A stretch of 64,000 nucleotides of DNA, taken from assembly GCF_006345805.1 (NCBI RefSeq), contig NC_043001.1, positions 112,530,001-112,594,000 of the forward strand, in the 5' to 3' direction. The stretch's first letter is position 1; the number at the start of each line of letters is the position of its first letter. Positions 40,409 to 52,394 of the stretch are shown one piece after another. Under the pieces are notes generated by a model. The model saw only the letters and a list, made by a program, of their open reading frames with translations. It searched no databases and was not told where the DNA came from. The stretch comes from Octopus sinensis. Its lineage: Eukaryota. The position numbers and the translations under genes are program-made.

Positions 40409-41179
40409 ACGTCACAAAACTGTTCACAACGTCACACTAACAGATCGCAGTAACGTTTTAGATATGAAAACAAGCAATCTCATTGGTTAAAATTCGCAGT
40501 TTTAATCTACGATTAAAGTCATAAAATAGATTTTTCTCAAATAAACTAGTTCTAACTGGCGAATAAACTAGTTCCACTCTATGAGTACACAAAGTTTCAA
40601 ATTATTTAGTTAACTAGAAAGATCTATTTCCACAAATTTGAAAAGATCCGCTTGTAGTGGTGGTTGTTGTAGTGGTGATGGTGATAGTGATGCTGCTTTT
40701 GGTAGTGGCCATAGTGGCGTTGGTGATGTTGGAAAGTGTGGTGGTGGTAGTAGGGGTGGTTGTGGCTGTGTTGTTGGTGGTAGTGTTGGTGCTCATCGTC
40801 AACGTGATAGTGTTATGCTGGTGATGGTAGTGGTGGTGATGGCAGTGATGGTGGCGGCGGCGGCGGTGGCAGCGGTGGTGGTGGTGTTGGTGGTGGTGGT
40901 ATTGATGGTGATGCGATGACAAAGAGGTTGTGAAGAAGACAATAATAATAGCGGAGTCAGATGAGGATGGTAAGTGGTAGGGTTTATAGCGGAAAGAAAG
41001 ACTAAATATATCCAGCCTCGATTGCTACAGCTTAACCACGTTCGGGGTCCCTTAATCACCTTGGCTTTTAATGAGCCATACCTTCTGTGGCTTAGACACC
41101 ATCACGGTAGGGGGCACTCTCTGCTGAGGTCTAGCGTTGAGTAGTGATAGGGAAAGGGGGGATAAGGAGGGAGTTTCGG

Positions 41180-41890
41180 TGAGAAAAGAAAAAGAAAGGG
41201 AATAGAGGACAAGAAAACAAAGATAAATAAAATGATAGTAAAGGAAAATCGGGAAGGAAAGAAAGGAAAGAGAAAGTAAAAAGAACGAAAGAAAGGAAGA
41301 AAAAAGAAAGGAGGAAAGGAAGAAAGAACAAAAGAAAGGAAGGAAGACAAAAGGAAAGAAAGAAAGTGAGAAAAGAAAAAAGAAAGAAAGAAAGAAAGAA
41401 AAGAAGAAAGGAAGAAAGGAGGAAAGAAAGGAAGGAAGACAAAAGGAAAGAAAGAAAGAAAGAAAGAAAGTAAGTAAGAAAGAAAGAAAGGAAGAAAGGA
41501 AGAAAAGAAGAAAGAAAGAAAGAAAGAAAGAAAGGAAGGCAGAAAGGAAGAAAGGAAGGAAGGAAGGAAGGAAGAATAAAAGAAAGAAAAAGGAAAGAAA
41601 GAAAGAGAGAAAGGAAGAAGGAAAGAAAGACAGAAAGAAAGAAATTAAGTAAATAAGAAAGAATAAACAAAGTCAGAAACAAAGATTGAATGAATGAATG
41701 AATGAATGAATGAATGAATGAATGAAACAAGGACGGTAAGAAAGAAAACAGAAAAGGAGAGAAAGAAAGAAGGAAAGAAAGAATGAATGAATGAAAGAAG
41801 CAATGAAAGTAACAGAAAGGAACGAGAGAAGATATGTAAATAGAAAGAAAGAAAGAAAGAAAGAAAGGAAGGAAGAAAAGGACGAGACGA
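41180..41890. repeat. Polypurine low-complexity tract (AAAG/AAGG/GAAT)n
   Basis: Direct reading. Confidence 0.95.
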
Positions 41891-42687
41891 AAGTTCGATA
41901 ATAAGAGAGCAAAATGAATGTGTGTGTCTGTGTGTATATGTGTGACTATGTACGAATGTATGTATGGATGTACGTATGGATGTACGTATGTATATAAGTG
42001 TGTGTGTGAGTGAGTGCGTGTGTGTGCTAAGAGCGACAAAAGAAAGAGAAGTTGATAAAGCGATTAGCATATTCAAGAGAAAGAAAGAATATGGAAGGAG
42101 ATAGAATAAGTTTGGGGAGAATGCTAGGGTGATACAAAGTGATTGTATGTGTGTGTGTGAGCATGTGTGTACATGTATGCGTGTGTGTGTGTGTATGGGC
42201 AGCATGTGTGTACATGCATGCGTGTGTATGTGTATGGGCAAATACGTCTGTATGAATGTCTGTCTGTACGCTTATCCATCTGTCTACCTGTCTGTCTGCC
42301 TGTCTGTCTGTCCGTTTATCCGTCTGTCTGTCTGTCTCTATCTATGTATGTTTGTATGTGTGAATGTCATTATTCTGTTTTATTTCAAGATTTCTTCCCA
42401 ATAGAGTAAGAACCGGTTTCTAACCTAAATCCAAGATTCCTTCATTGGAATTTCATCAACAAGGTTGTATGTATGTATGTATGTATGTATGTATTATGTA
42501 TGTATGTATGTATGCATGTATGTATGCATGTATGTATGTATGTATGTATGTATGTATGCATGTATGTATGCATGTATGTATGCATGTATGTATGTATGTA
42601 TTATGTATGTATGTATGTATGTATGTATGTATGTATGTATGTATGTATGTATGTATGTATGTATGAATGCATGCATGTCTTAATGTA

Positions 42688-43109
42688 GGCGCAGGAGTGG
42701 CTGTGTGGTAAGTAGCTTGCATACCAACCACATGGTTCCGATTTCATTCCCACTGCGTGGTACCTTGGGCAAGTGTCTTCTGCTATAGTCTTTGGCCGAC
42801 CAAAGCCTTGTGAGGGGATTTGGTAGACGGAAACTGAAAGAAGCCCGTCGTATATATGTATAAATGTATATGAATGTCTGTGTAGATACTTGAGTGTCTG
42901 TGTTTGTCCCCTCAACATCGCTTGACAACCGATGGTGGTGTGTTTGTGTCCCCGTAACATAGCGGTTCGGCAAAAGCGGCCGATAGAATAAATACCAGGT
43001 TTACAAAGAATAAGTCCTGGGGTCGATTTGTTCGATTAAAGGCGGTGCGACAGCATGGCCGCAACCAAATGACTGAAACAAGTAAAACAATAAAAAGAGT
43101 AAAAGAGTA
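42688..43109 (+). mobile_element. SINE family A (OK-like), full length, moderately diverged
   Basis: Head, core and tail align to 359-766. Confidence 0.9.
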
Positions 43110-43325
43110 TGTATGCATGCGTGCATGTATGTATGCATGCATGTATATGTGTATGTATGCATGTTCGTATGTACGCATGTATACATGTATGCATACAAGT
43201 ATGAATGTATGCATGTGTATATCTACGTATGCTTATATGTATGTATGTTTACTTCAGCCAGGTGATCGCACACGTGCTTTTCTCGGGCTATTCTTTTCCT
43301 TCTCTTCGGACATTCCCCTTCTCCT

Positions 43326-43360
43326 CTTTCTGACGAACAGCCATGCTGGAAACGTCACAC
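43326..43360 (+). ncRNA. Minimal hammerhead-like motif (helix I lost), Penelope pLTR-type
   Basis: CTGACGA (43330-36)-A | CAGC-CAT-GCTG | GAA | ACGT | C. Flanks are homologous to the 52395 motif. Confidence 0.6.
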
Positions 43361-43594
43361 CCTACGATTTCATCCATCTGAAACAGGAGGTCAAGCCCAT
43401 ACATTCAGCTTCCGTGTCCTTTTTACTTTCGTTGTTTTTGTTTTTATTCTTTCGTTTTCTGTTTATTTGCTTATATATATATTTATGCTCTGAGTCTTTT
43501 TGATATGTCTTTCAATTGCAGAGTCGAGGAGGCTAGTCATTAACAAAATGACATCGAGTTTGTATAAAGACATCGTTATTTTGATAATCAAATT

Positions 43595-44109
43595 TGTAGT
43601 GACGCTATACAGCGGCGCATGCGCGAAGCCCCGGAAGAAGGACCTTTTGCCTACGTGGCAGTTAGCCGAGGCAAGGGGATCGTAGAACGTTTGACCACTA
43701 GCAGCAGTCAGCAGCGACTTGAGACATGGCTATCGAAGGTACAACACGTATATTCTCTCTGTCCGAATTTGATTCTAGCAGCAGCCTTTACCGAAAGCTT
43801 TTAACCAAATTGTTGCAGACTACATCATCTTCCTTTCTCCGGACGCCATCTTTGACAAGTGTCGTTTTGCATTTGAACACTTTCTTATTTTACAGCGATA
43901 AGGTTCAGCTGAGACACATCTATACCAAAGGGATGCCAGATACACCAATTATCTGTTACCACATAAGAGAATAAAGTAGATATATATTATTTACGTTTGC
44001 GTCTTGTTGTTTCTGACTGGTAGAGAATCTGGATTATTAAAGCAACGGATAGTGATTGCTTCTCGCACCCCCAAAAGGTCCAGAGAAGATATTCACACAT
44101 TTCGTTACA
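43595..44109 (+). repeat. 5' LTR (515 bp)
   Basis: TGTAGTGACG...CGTTACA; contains AATAAA at ~43970. Confidence 0.95.
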
Positions 44110-44110
44110 C

Positions 44111-44129
44111 TGGTGACCCCCGACGTGAT
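44111..44129 (+). promoter_or_regulatory. Primer binding site complementary to the tRNA-Trp 3' end
   Basis: TGGTGACCCCCGACGTGAT versus expected TGGTGACCCCGACGTGAT (one extra C), 1 nt after the LTR. Confidence 0.85.
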
Positions 44130-45544
44130 TCTGGTCTAAAACCAGAGATCACTTAACAACAAAGAAATCCAGTTTTTCTGCTAAGTCGGAACACGATTAA
44201 CTCTACGCAGTCATCTTCTTTCGACGATTTGTTTTCAGCAATAATGACGGACGCCATCATATCATCGATGCTTTTTCTCTGCCTTCGTCATCATCATCGT
44301 CGTCTTAGAACTTCACGTCGTCGTTATCTTCGTCGCCATCACCACTAAGAACAATGTTGTCTCAAGTCCACTACAGTCGCCTTCCACCACCACCGTCGCC
44401 TTTTCAACACCGTCGACCAAGATGTACATAGCAACTCGCGGAACTTTAGCTTTCACGCTGTTCGTGCATAGCGCGCCAAGGAATTAACAGCCCAGCACTA
44501 TCTGCGAGATTCTTCTGTAACGATTTAACCTGTCACAGCATCGAAGCTACAACCGCTACACATTGTGTTCAATCGGCATCTGCATTTGTGATTTCAACAT
44601 TCTGTTGCAGAACGAACTGCTATTGTGCATCAGGCTATTAGAGACTGGTAAATTAACTCCATTGTCTGAGATAGCCCTGAGAGACATTTTTCTATGCGCT
44701 GTATTTTTATTTTTGCTCGCATTCACCTTGTATGTATTTTTGTCGCACACACGTACACACACATAAATGCTATCTCTCTCACATACATACGTCACACATG
44801 CTTTTCTCGCTTGTTTTTTTCATGCTAAATTTGCCTTTGTGGACACACCTCATTTCTATAGACCCTAGGGGTCACGTATACATAGAGAGGGTTGTTTGTC
44901 CATTATAACGCGCCAGCATGTCATACTTTTGTTCCTGCACGAACGAGGCATAGAATCGCTCAACCACAGGCATATTCATTGCTGTTTTTCGGTCTGGCAA
45001 GCCCTATTGCATTTCATGCGCCTTTGCTCCGCACGTGTACTGCCTTGTTTTTGCAACACGTTTGCGTTAGTTTAATTCTTTTCCCTGTTAGACCCCTGTT
45101 GGTCACGTAATTAACAGAGAAAATTATCTGTGTCGCGCATCACACCAGCATGCTTGCACTTTTGCCTTTGTGTTACTAGCGATCTATCTGTCGATTCCAT
45201 TTCCTCTCCTGCAGCAATTGATTTAACTGCTATTTCGCAGGATCAACTACCTTAGAGAAGTTGGATTTTAATTTCGCCTAGGTTCATTAACTGTGAGTTT
45301 GCTTTCCTTCCGCTGGTCAGCGGAAGGCTCTTTACTTTGTGACGTATCCACCTTCACGCATGCACTTTTGATTTTTGCTCCTTTTGAGTATTTTTTCCCT
45401 TTTTTCCTTTAGTAAATTTCTTGTGTATGATGTAAATTTTGCCATTTTATTATATTGTGTGCTATTTGGTTATCTGGTATCCACCTTGAGTTTTATAGTC
45501 CCTACAAGGAATTTTTTGTCATGCTTCGCACTGGGGTGGAGCTC

Positions 45545-46058
45545 TGTAGTGACGCTATACAGCGGCGCATGCGCGAAGCCCCGGAAGAAGGACCTTTTGC
45601 CTACGTGGCAGTTAGCCGAGGCAAGGGGATCGTAGAACGTTTGACCACTAGCAGCAGTCAGCAGCGACTTGAGACATGGCTATCGAAGGTACAACACGTA
45701 TATTCTCTCTGTCCGAATTTGATTCTAGCAGCAGCCTTTACCGAAAGCTTTTAACCAAATTGTTGCAGACTACATCATCTTCCTTTCTCCGGACGCCATC
45801 TTTGACAAGTGTCGTTTTGCATTTGAACACTTTCTTATTTTACAGCGATAAGGTTCAGCTGAGACACATCTATACCAAAGGGATGCCAGATACACCAATT
45901 ATCTGTTACCACATAAGAGAATAAAGTAGATATATATTATTTACGTTTGCGTCTTGTTGTTTCTGACTGGTAGAGAATCTGGAATATTAAAGCAACGGAA
46001 AGTGATTGCTTCTCGCACCCCCAAAAGGTCCAGAGAAGATATTCACATAGTCGTTACA
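45545..46058 (+). repeat. 3' LTR (514 bp)
   Basis: Matches the 5' LTR except for a few differences in the last ~75 bp. Confidence 0.95.
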
Positions 46059-46715
46059 AATTTGTTGACCTACATGTAGTAAAGATACTACATGTACCGA
46101 AAAACCTACCAAGGATTCTACACATACTGAAAAACCCAGCAAAGCAAAAAGAGAAAAAAAAAGAGACAGACAGACAGACAGAGACTGAAAGACAGAACTA
46201 GAGAGAAAAAATAAGAAAAGCGGCGTATCTGTAGATTTACATACAGATACGACTTAAAAAGAATAAGGCATTCTAATCTAAACATTTTGAGCATGTAATA
46301 TAATCAGGGACAATTGATTCAATTTGTTCTTTTATATCTGTCTCCCACGATTCCTAATTTTCCTCTGAATTCCGTTATTTGCAAATTTATAGAACAGAAA
46401 CAATGCATGAGAATGTATATGATGTGATATTTTGTTATGGTTATCGATGTTATTGTTAGTGGTTATTGTGCTTTGTTTTGTTATGCTGAAAACAATGCGT
46501 TATTATGACGGCAGCTATCACAGTAAATATGTATAACTGGGAACACAAGTAACAAGATGTCAGTTTGGTATTTATTTAAGCTAAAGATTAGCGGACCACC
46601 GGCGCGATAACGCAATGCTTGGTGTTTGCTTTGTTTCAGATAAGCCTTGATCGAGCAGAACTGTAGATAAATGCGTCCCATCCAGAGTGTACGTGTCTTT
46701 TTATCACACACAGTG

Positions 46716-47092
46716 TGGAAGCACTCCGTCGGTTACGACGACGAGGGTTCCGGTTGATCCGATGAACGGAACAGCCTGCTCGTAAAATTAACGTGTAAGT
46801 GGCTGAGCACTCCACAGACACGTGTACCCTTAACGTAATTCTCTGGGATATTCAGCGAGACACAGAGAGTGACAAGGCCGGCCCTTTGAAATACAGGTAC
46901 AACAGAAACAGGAAGTAAGAGTGAGAGAAAGTTGTGGTGAAAGAGTACATCAGGGATCACCACCATCCCCTGCCGGAGCCTCGTGGAGCTTTAGGTGTTT
47001 TCGCTTAATAAACACTCACAACGCCCGGTCTGGGAATCGAAACCGCGATCCTACGACCGCGAGTCCGCTGCCCTAACCACTGGGCCATTGCG
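46716..47092 (-). mobile_element. SINE family B1 (OR1-like)
   Basis: Reverse complement of 3905-4286 / 48158-48540. Confidence 0.9.
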
Positions 47093-47538
47093 CTAGAAGC
47101 AATATTATCCAACGTACCGTGCCTTCGAAAGAATATAATATCGGCTGTGTGAGATGTGGCTCTTATTTCTAAATAAAAGCCGCACTCCGTGTGGACTTTT
47201 AAGCGAGCTCCTGCGGTGGGCTAATTAGGCCTGCGGTCCAAAACTTAAGAGAGTTAAGTAGCATGACTATAATACGTCTATAAGGATTATATGCCCCGGT
47301 GATATATGATCAGTGGTTAAGAACGGATGAGAATTAATTCTGTAATGCAATTATTCTATTGTTTCAGTCGCAAGTTGAATTCCAACTGTTGGCCAATTTG
47401 TCCCAAAGTTCTTAACTCAACGTAAAATTAACGAAGAGAATGTCATTTATTTTCCCCTTGATCTCTGACGTCATCTGACAAACGCCAACCAAGATGGCAT
47501 GAATCAGCTAAGGTTTACCTGCTAGAAATAGCAATCCA

Positions 47539-47953
47539 AAGGCGGCGAGCTGGCAGAAGCATTAGCACACCGGGCGAAATGCTTAGCGGTATTTCGTCTG
47601 TCGCTACGTTGTGAGTTCAAATTCCGCCGAGGTCGACTTTGCCTTTCATCCTTTTGGGGTCGATTAAATAAGTACCAGTTACGCACTGGGGTCGATATAA
47701 TCGACTTAATCCGTTCCTCTGCCCTTGTTTGTCCCCTCTGTATGTAGCTCCTTGTGGGTAGTAAAGAAATAAGTATTTCGTCTGCCGTTACGTTCTGAGT
47801 TCAAATTCCGCCGAAGTCGACTTTTCCTTTCATCCTTTCGGAGTCGATTAAATAAGTACCAGTTACGCACTTGGGTCGATATAATCGACTTAATCCGTTT
47901 GTCTGTCCTTGTTTGTCCCTTCTGTGTAGCCCCTTGTGGGCAGTAAAGGAATA
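47539..47953 (+). mobile_element. Partial tandem dimer of SINE family C within one TSD
   Basis: Full unit 47539-47773 plus a second unit starting at internal TATTTCGTCTG. 17-bp TSD AGAAATAGCAATCCAAA at 47524-40 and 47954-70. Confidence 0.9.
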
Positions 47954-48157
47954 AGAAATAGCAATCCAAATACTTTTCAGTCAGATCTCAATGCTGAATG
48001 TTCATGAACCAGATGAAGGGCAGATATTCAATCACGGGATCATCTTGATTCCAAAAACGTATAATATGTCTATGTAGAGGAAATGTAGACTGAGATACAG
48101 AGGTCCCAGACGGACAGACAGAATCCCGCTTTTATTATCATTGATATATGGGGTGAC

Positions 48158-48540
48158 TGGAGGCGCAATGGCCCAGTGGTTAGGGCAGCGGACTCGCGGT
48201 CATAGGATCGCGGTTTCGATTCCCAGACCGGGCGTTGTGAGTGTTTATTGAGCGAAATCACCTAAAGCTCCACGAGGCTCCGGCAGGGGATGGTGGTGAT
48301 CCCTGCTGTACTCTTTCACCACAACTTTCTCTCACTCTTACTCCTGTTTCTGTTGTACCTGTATTTCAAAGGGCCGGCCTTGTCACTCTCTGTGTCACGC
48401 TGAATATCCCCGAGAACTACGTTAAGGGTACACGTGTCTGTGGAGTGCTCAGCCACTTACACGTTAATTTCACGAGCAGGCTGTTCCGTTGATTCGGATC
48501 AACTGGAACCCTCATCGTCGTAACCGACGGAGTGCTTCCA
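48158..48540 (+). mobile_element. SINE family B1 (OR1-like) with 12-bp TSD
   Basis: TSD ATATGGGGTGAC at 48146-57 and 48543-54. Confidence 0.92.
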
Positions 48541-48963
48541 AAATATGGGGTGACAGCGTAAATTTTATGGTGAAACAGTTGTTCACTGACGGAATGATTC
48601 CGTCATCTTCTAGAAGAAAGAAGAGATGCGGCAAAGACATGTATTTGCTAAGAATAATTATTGACCACTAAAATCAGAAACAAACAATCTTAAAGAAGGT
48701 AAAAGGATCTGAGTTTTCTGGATTGATGAATACATAAATATCTGATAGTAGATTCCAGAGACAACCCTGAATAAAGTAGCGCCAAAAATATGTAGGTACA
48801 TCAAACACCAGCAATAAGTCTACAAATGCAAGCAAAAGAAGGAATTTATACACCTGAAACCCATGTCTGTTAGAAAAAGATTTCAAAACAATTCCATTTT
48901 TCTGCTTGGTTTTGACACTTTTAGCCAACAGAAAGTGTTGAGTTTGCTGGTAATGGTTTGAAT

Positions 48964-49198
48964 AAGGCGGCGAGCTGGCAGAAACGTTAGCACGCCGGGA
49001 GAAATGCTTTGTGGTATTTTGTCCGCCGCTACGTTCTGAGTTCAAATTCCGCCGAGGTCGACTTTGCCTTTCATCCTTTCGGGGTCGATAAATTAAGTAC
49101 CAGTTACGCACTGGAGTCGATGTAATCGACTTAATACCTATGTCTTTCCTTGTTTGTCCCCTCTGTGTTTAGCCCCTTGTGGGTAATAAAGAAATAGG
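48964..49198 (+). mobile_element. SINE family C with 15-bp TSD
   Basis: TSD GGTAATGGT(T/G)TGAAT at 48949-63 and 49197-211. Confidence 0.9.
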
Positions 49199-49759
49199 TA
49201 ATGGTGTGAATGATAGCTTTGCCATTGCTCCTGTTTTGTGTAATGAGATGGAGTATCGCATGACTTATTGGCTTTTTTAATGCCATATTTCTTGAGAAAA
49301 AGATATCCTTTTTTTCGTTGCTTCTCATCCGCCTCCATGTCACCGTCTTAATTTGCTGGATGTTCCTTTCTAAGTTTCGATTTCTTTTTTAACTCTTAAA
49401 ATAAATTCTAAGACAAAATAAACAAGAAATAATGTTTAAGTAATTACGGCTCCATACAGAGCTATGGAAAAGATTACTCATCTGCCTTCATGATCAGTGC
49501 TATTTCGAGTTTTGTAACAAAAATATTGTTTAAAAGGCGCAGGAGTGGTTGTGTGGTAAGAAGTTCGCTTCCCCACCACATGATCCCGGGTTCAGTCCCA
49601 CAACGTGGCACTGTGAACAGATGTTTTCCACTACGATCTCGGGGCCACCAAAACCTTCTCAGTGGGTCTGGTAGACGGAAACTGAAAAGAAGCTTGTCGT
49701 AGCACACGCCCTCAGATCAGGTCACTTGCTGTGCAAATACATCTCCGTAACATTATATA

Positions 49760-49832
<73 letters not shown>

Positions 49833-49942
49833 GGCATTATTACACATAAATGCCTCACACTAAGAGGGACATAAGTCATTACTACCAAAAATTTCACTAA
49901 TCATACCCAATGCAGTTTTTCAAAGCAAAACATTTAAAAAAT

Positions 49943-50021
49943 GAATTTAGTCCTATATCACCTGTGATTTCGCACTTACTGCATAAAAAATTGCGTCTAT
50001 GCTCATCGGTAGAACTGATTC
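49943..50021 (-). ncRNA. Type I hammerhead ribozyme-like motif, core variant CCGATGA
   Basis: Minus: GAAT-C-AGTTCTA | CCGATGA | GCAT..GTGC | GAA | ATCAC-AG-GTGAT | A | TAGGACT-AA-ATTC. All three helices pair; AUA triplet. Confidence 0.7.
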
Positions 50022-50175
50022 TGAACACATCATAAATAAACGACCAACACTGTCGAAGTCGAACAGACAACTGCTCTCTCCAACGAAGCACATGGAGATG
50101 TTTATAAATCATATATTCGTTAAATGGCTGAGTTTTTCGAACTGCATTTCGGTTAAGAAAAGTTTTTTCGGAATA

Positions 50176-50260
50176 AATTTAAGAATTAAGGATAACTTCT
50201 TAATAAGGAATCTTATAATTTCTTGATAAGATTCCTTATTAGAAGTTATCCTTAATTGTT

Positions 50261-50265
<5 letters not shown>
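50176..50265. repeat. ~40-bp-arm hairpin (fold-back)
   Basis: AATTTAAGAATTAAGGATAACTTCTTAATAAGGAATCTTAT / ATAAGATTCCTTATTAGAAGTTATCCTTAATTGTTAAATT, 9-nt loop, 1 mismatch and 1 indel. Confidence 0.9.
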
Positions 50266-50319
<54 letters not shown>

Positions 50320-51162
50320 TATATATATACGTGTGTGTGTCTTTATATCTGTGCTTATCCTCACCAACGTTCGATAGCCGGTGATGGTGTTTTATGTCCC
50401 TGCAAATTAGCAGTTCGGCAAGAAAAACCGATAGAATGAGTACAAGGCTTTAAAAATAAGTACTGGAATCGATTTATTCCAACAAAGATACAAGGCTCCA
50501 TCTTTGGGATGTAGTTATGTATGTATGTATGTACGTTTGGTAGTGTGGAGATTGCAATGAGAGTAGTGACTGAATGAGAAGAGCCTCTGGGGTGGACTCG
50601 AAGTATTAGGTTCTTTTGTCACAGTCAGACCAGTTAGAGGAGCATTAACCTAAAGTAAACGAGGGAATTGCATATTAGGGTGTAATGAAAGTAAGAAGAC
50701 TATAGGGAAAAGAAGAGCAGCGGATCTAAGCATGTTACACAAGATAGGGTCCCTAAAACAAAGAAAAAATGGACATGAGAAAACCAAAAATCAAAACAAA
50801 AGGGAAGATAACAGCATGAGTAGACGGATTGGGTGGGTGATGAATAAAGTGGTGTGGATGGACGGACATTACGGATGATAGTAGTTGTAGTGGGGGTATT
50901 GTTGTTGTTGTTGTTGTGGTGGTGGTGGTGTTGGTGGTTTTAGTAGTAGTAGTAGTAGTAGTAGCAGTAGTAGTAGTGGTAGTAGTAGTAGTAGTAGTGG
51001 TGGTGGTGGTGGTGGTGGTGGTAGTAGTATTAGTAGTAGTAGCTGGAGGTGACGGTGGTGATAGTAGTAGTTGTTTTAGCAGTAGTAGTTGTAGCAGCAG
51101 CGGCAGCATCAGCATCAGCATCAGCAGCAGCAGCAACAGCAACAGCAGCAGCAGCAGCAGCA

Positions 51163-51207
<45 letters not shown>

Positions 51208-51872
51208 ATGCTGGTGGTGGTGCTATTAAATGGCTGCGAAAGAAAAGCCATGGGGAAAATAGACAAAACATTTCCAAAGAAAAAAAAACAAAAACAAAAA
51301 GAGTAAAGAACAAACAACTATAACAATAACAACAACAACAACAACAACAACAACAGCGAAAAAAATGTATAAACGAGACCATGTGTGTCTGCCGGGGGAG
51401 GGAGGGAGGTGGAAAGGAAGGAACTTGGTAATGAGTTAGAGGCTCTGAGTAGCGACTGGCCGTTCGTTCTATCTTCTGCTATATAATGATAAAAGCAGGT
51501 GTCCTATTTTCCGGCCCATCGCTCAGTGACTAATCTGTAGACTAGAGGTTTGTATGGCCAACTCATCAATCAAAATATGCATTGTTTTTTCATCGGTCTG
51601 ACAGGTGGTGGGTCATCCGAATTTGGCAAGTTTTTGTCTCTTTGTTTGATTGCTTATTTGTATGTGTGTACGTGTGTGTGTGTGTATGTGTGTGTGTGTG
51701 TGTACGTGTGTGTGTGTACGTGTGTGTGTGTGTGTGTGTGTACCTGCTTGTCATGTATGTGTCTAAGCGTGTGTGTGTTTGTACGTGTGTCTATATGTAT
51801 GTGCTTATGTGTGAATATAGTTTCTCTTGTATGCTTCAGGATATATCTATGCATGTTTGTAATATTGTGTTT

Positions 51873-51910
<38 letters not shown>

Positions 51911-52244
51911 ATACATATGTGCAAGCGTGTGTGTGTGTGCATGCCTATGTGTTTACATGTGAGTGTAGCTTCATGTGTGTGTTTCATGATGTGTGTATAA
52001 GTAATATTTGTAATATTTATGTTTCTGTATGTATATGTGTACGTCAGGTTGTTTGTGTGTTTGTGTGTGTGCGTGTATGTGTGTGTATGTATGAATGCGT
52101 ATTTGTGTTTATATGCCTATCTATGTGACTATGTGTCTGCTACTTCATGCGTACCTCTCAAGACATGTGTATGTGTGTAAGAGTTGTACATGCGTGTGGC
52201 ATTTGTAAATTTATATATGCGGTTGTGTATGAATGCATGCATGT

Positions 52245-52278
<34 letters not shown>

Positions 52279-52394
52279 TGGTGAATATATGTATGCACTA
52301 TGTACATATAAGTAAGCTTATAGACTTCATGTATGTAATCTCAAGATATTTTTTTTCCTCTGTCTTCCCATCTTTGGATCTTTCCTTCTCCTAT

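Larger units (their letters stand above)
43595..46058 (+). mobile_element. Non-autonomous LTR retrotransposon (Gypsy, CsRN1/Kabuki-like signals), 2464 bp
   Basis: Two TG...CA LTRs, 4-bp TSD AATT (43591-94 / 46059-62), tRNA-Trp PBS, PPT-like CTGGGGTGGAG before the 3' LTR. The 1435-bp interior has no recognisable gag/pol ORF. Confidence 0.9.
49536..50485 (+). mobile_element. Family A SINE split at its central microsatellite by a hammerhead-bearing insert
   Basis: 5' half at 49536-49701 and 3' half at ~50330-50485. The insert ~49826-50265 lies between (TA)n tracts. Confidence 0.65.

Noticed and set aside
41131-42039. 302-aa F/L/S-rich ORF resembling a membrane protein
   Set aside because: Antisense of an (AAAG)n polypurine tract.
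43500-43974. Duplicated ORFs (61-99 aa) also at 45375-45924
   Set aside because: They are identical because they lie in the two LTRs; no gag or pol motifs.
48158-48230. tRNA gene-like sequences at SINE heads
   Set aside because: They continue into SINE bodies with TSDs and lack a complete acceptor stem, so they are not tRNA genes.
48560-49340. Possible highly decayed transposase (RRKKRCGK)
   Set aside because: No catalytic motifs or TIRs could be identified.
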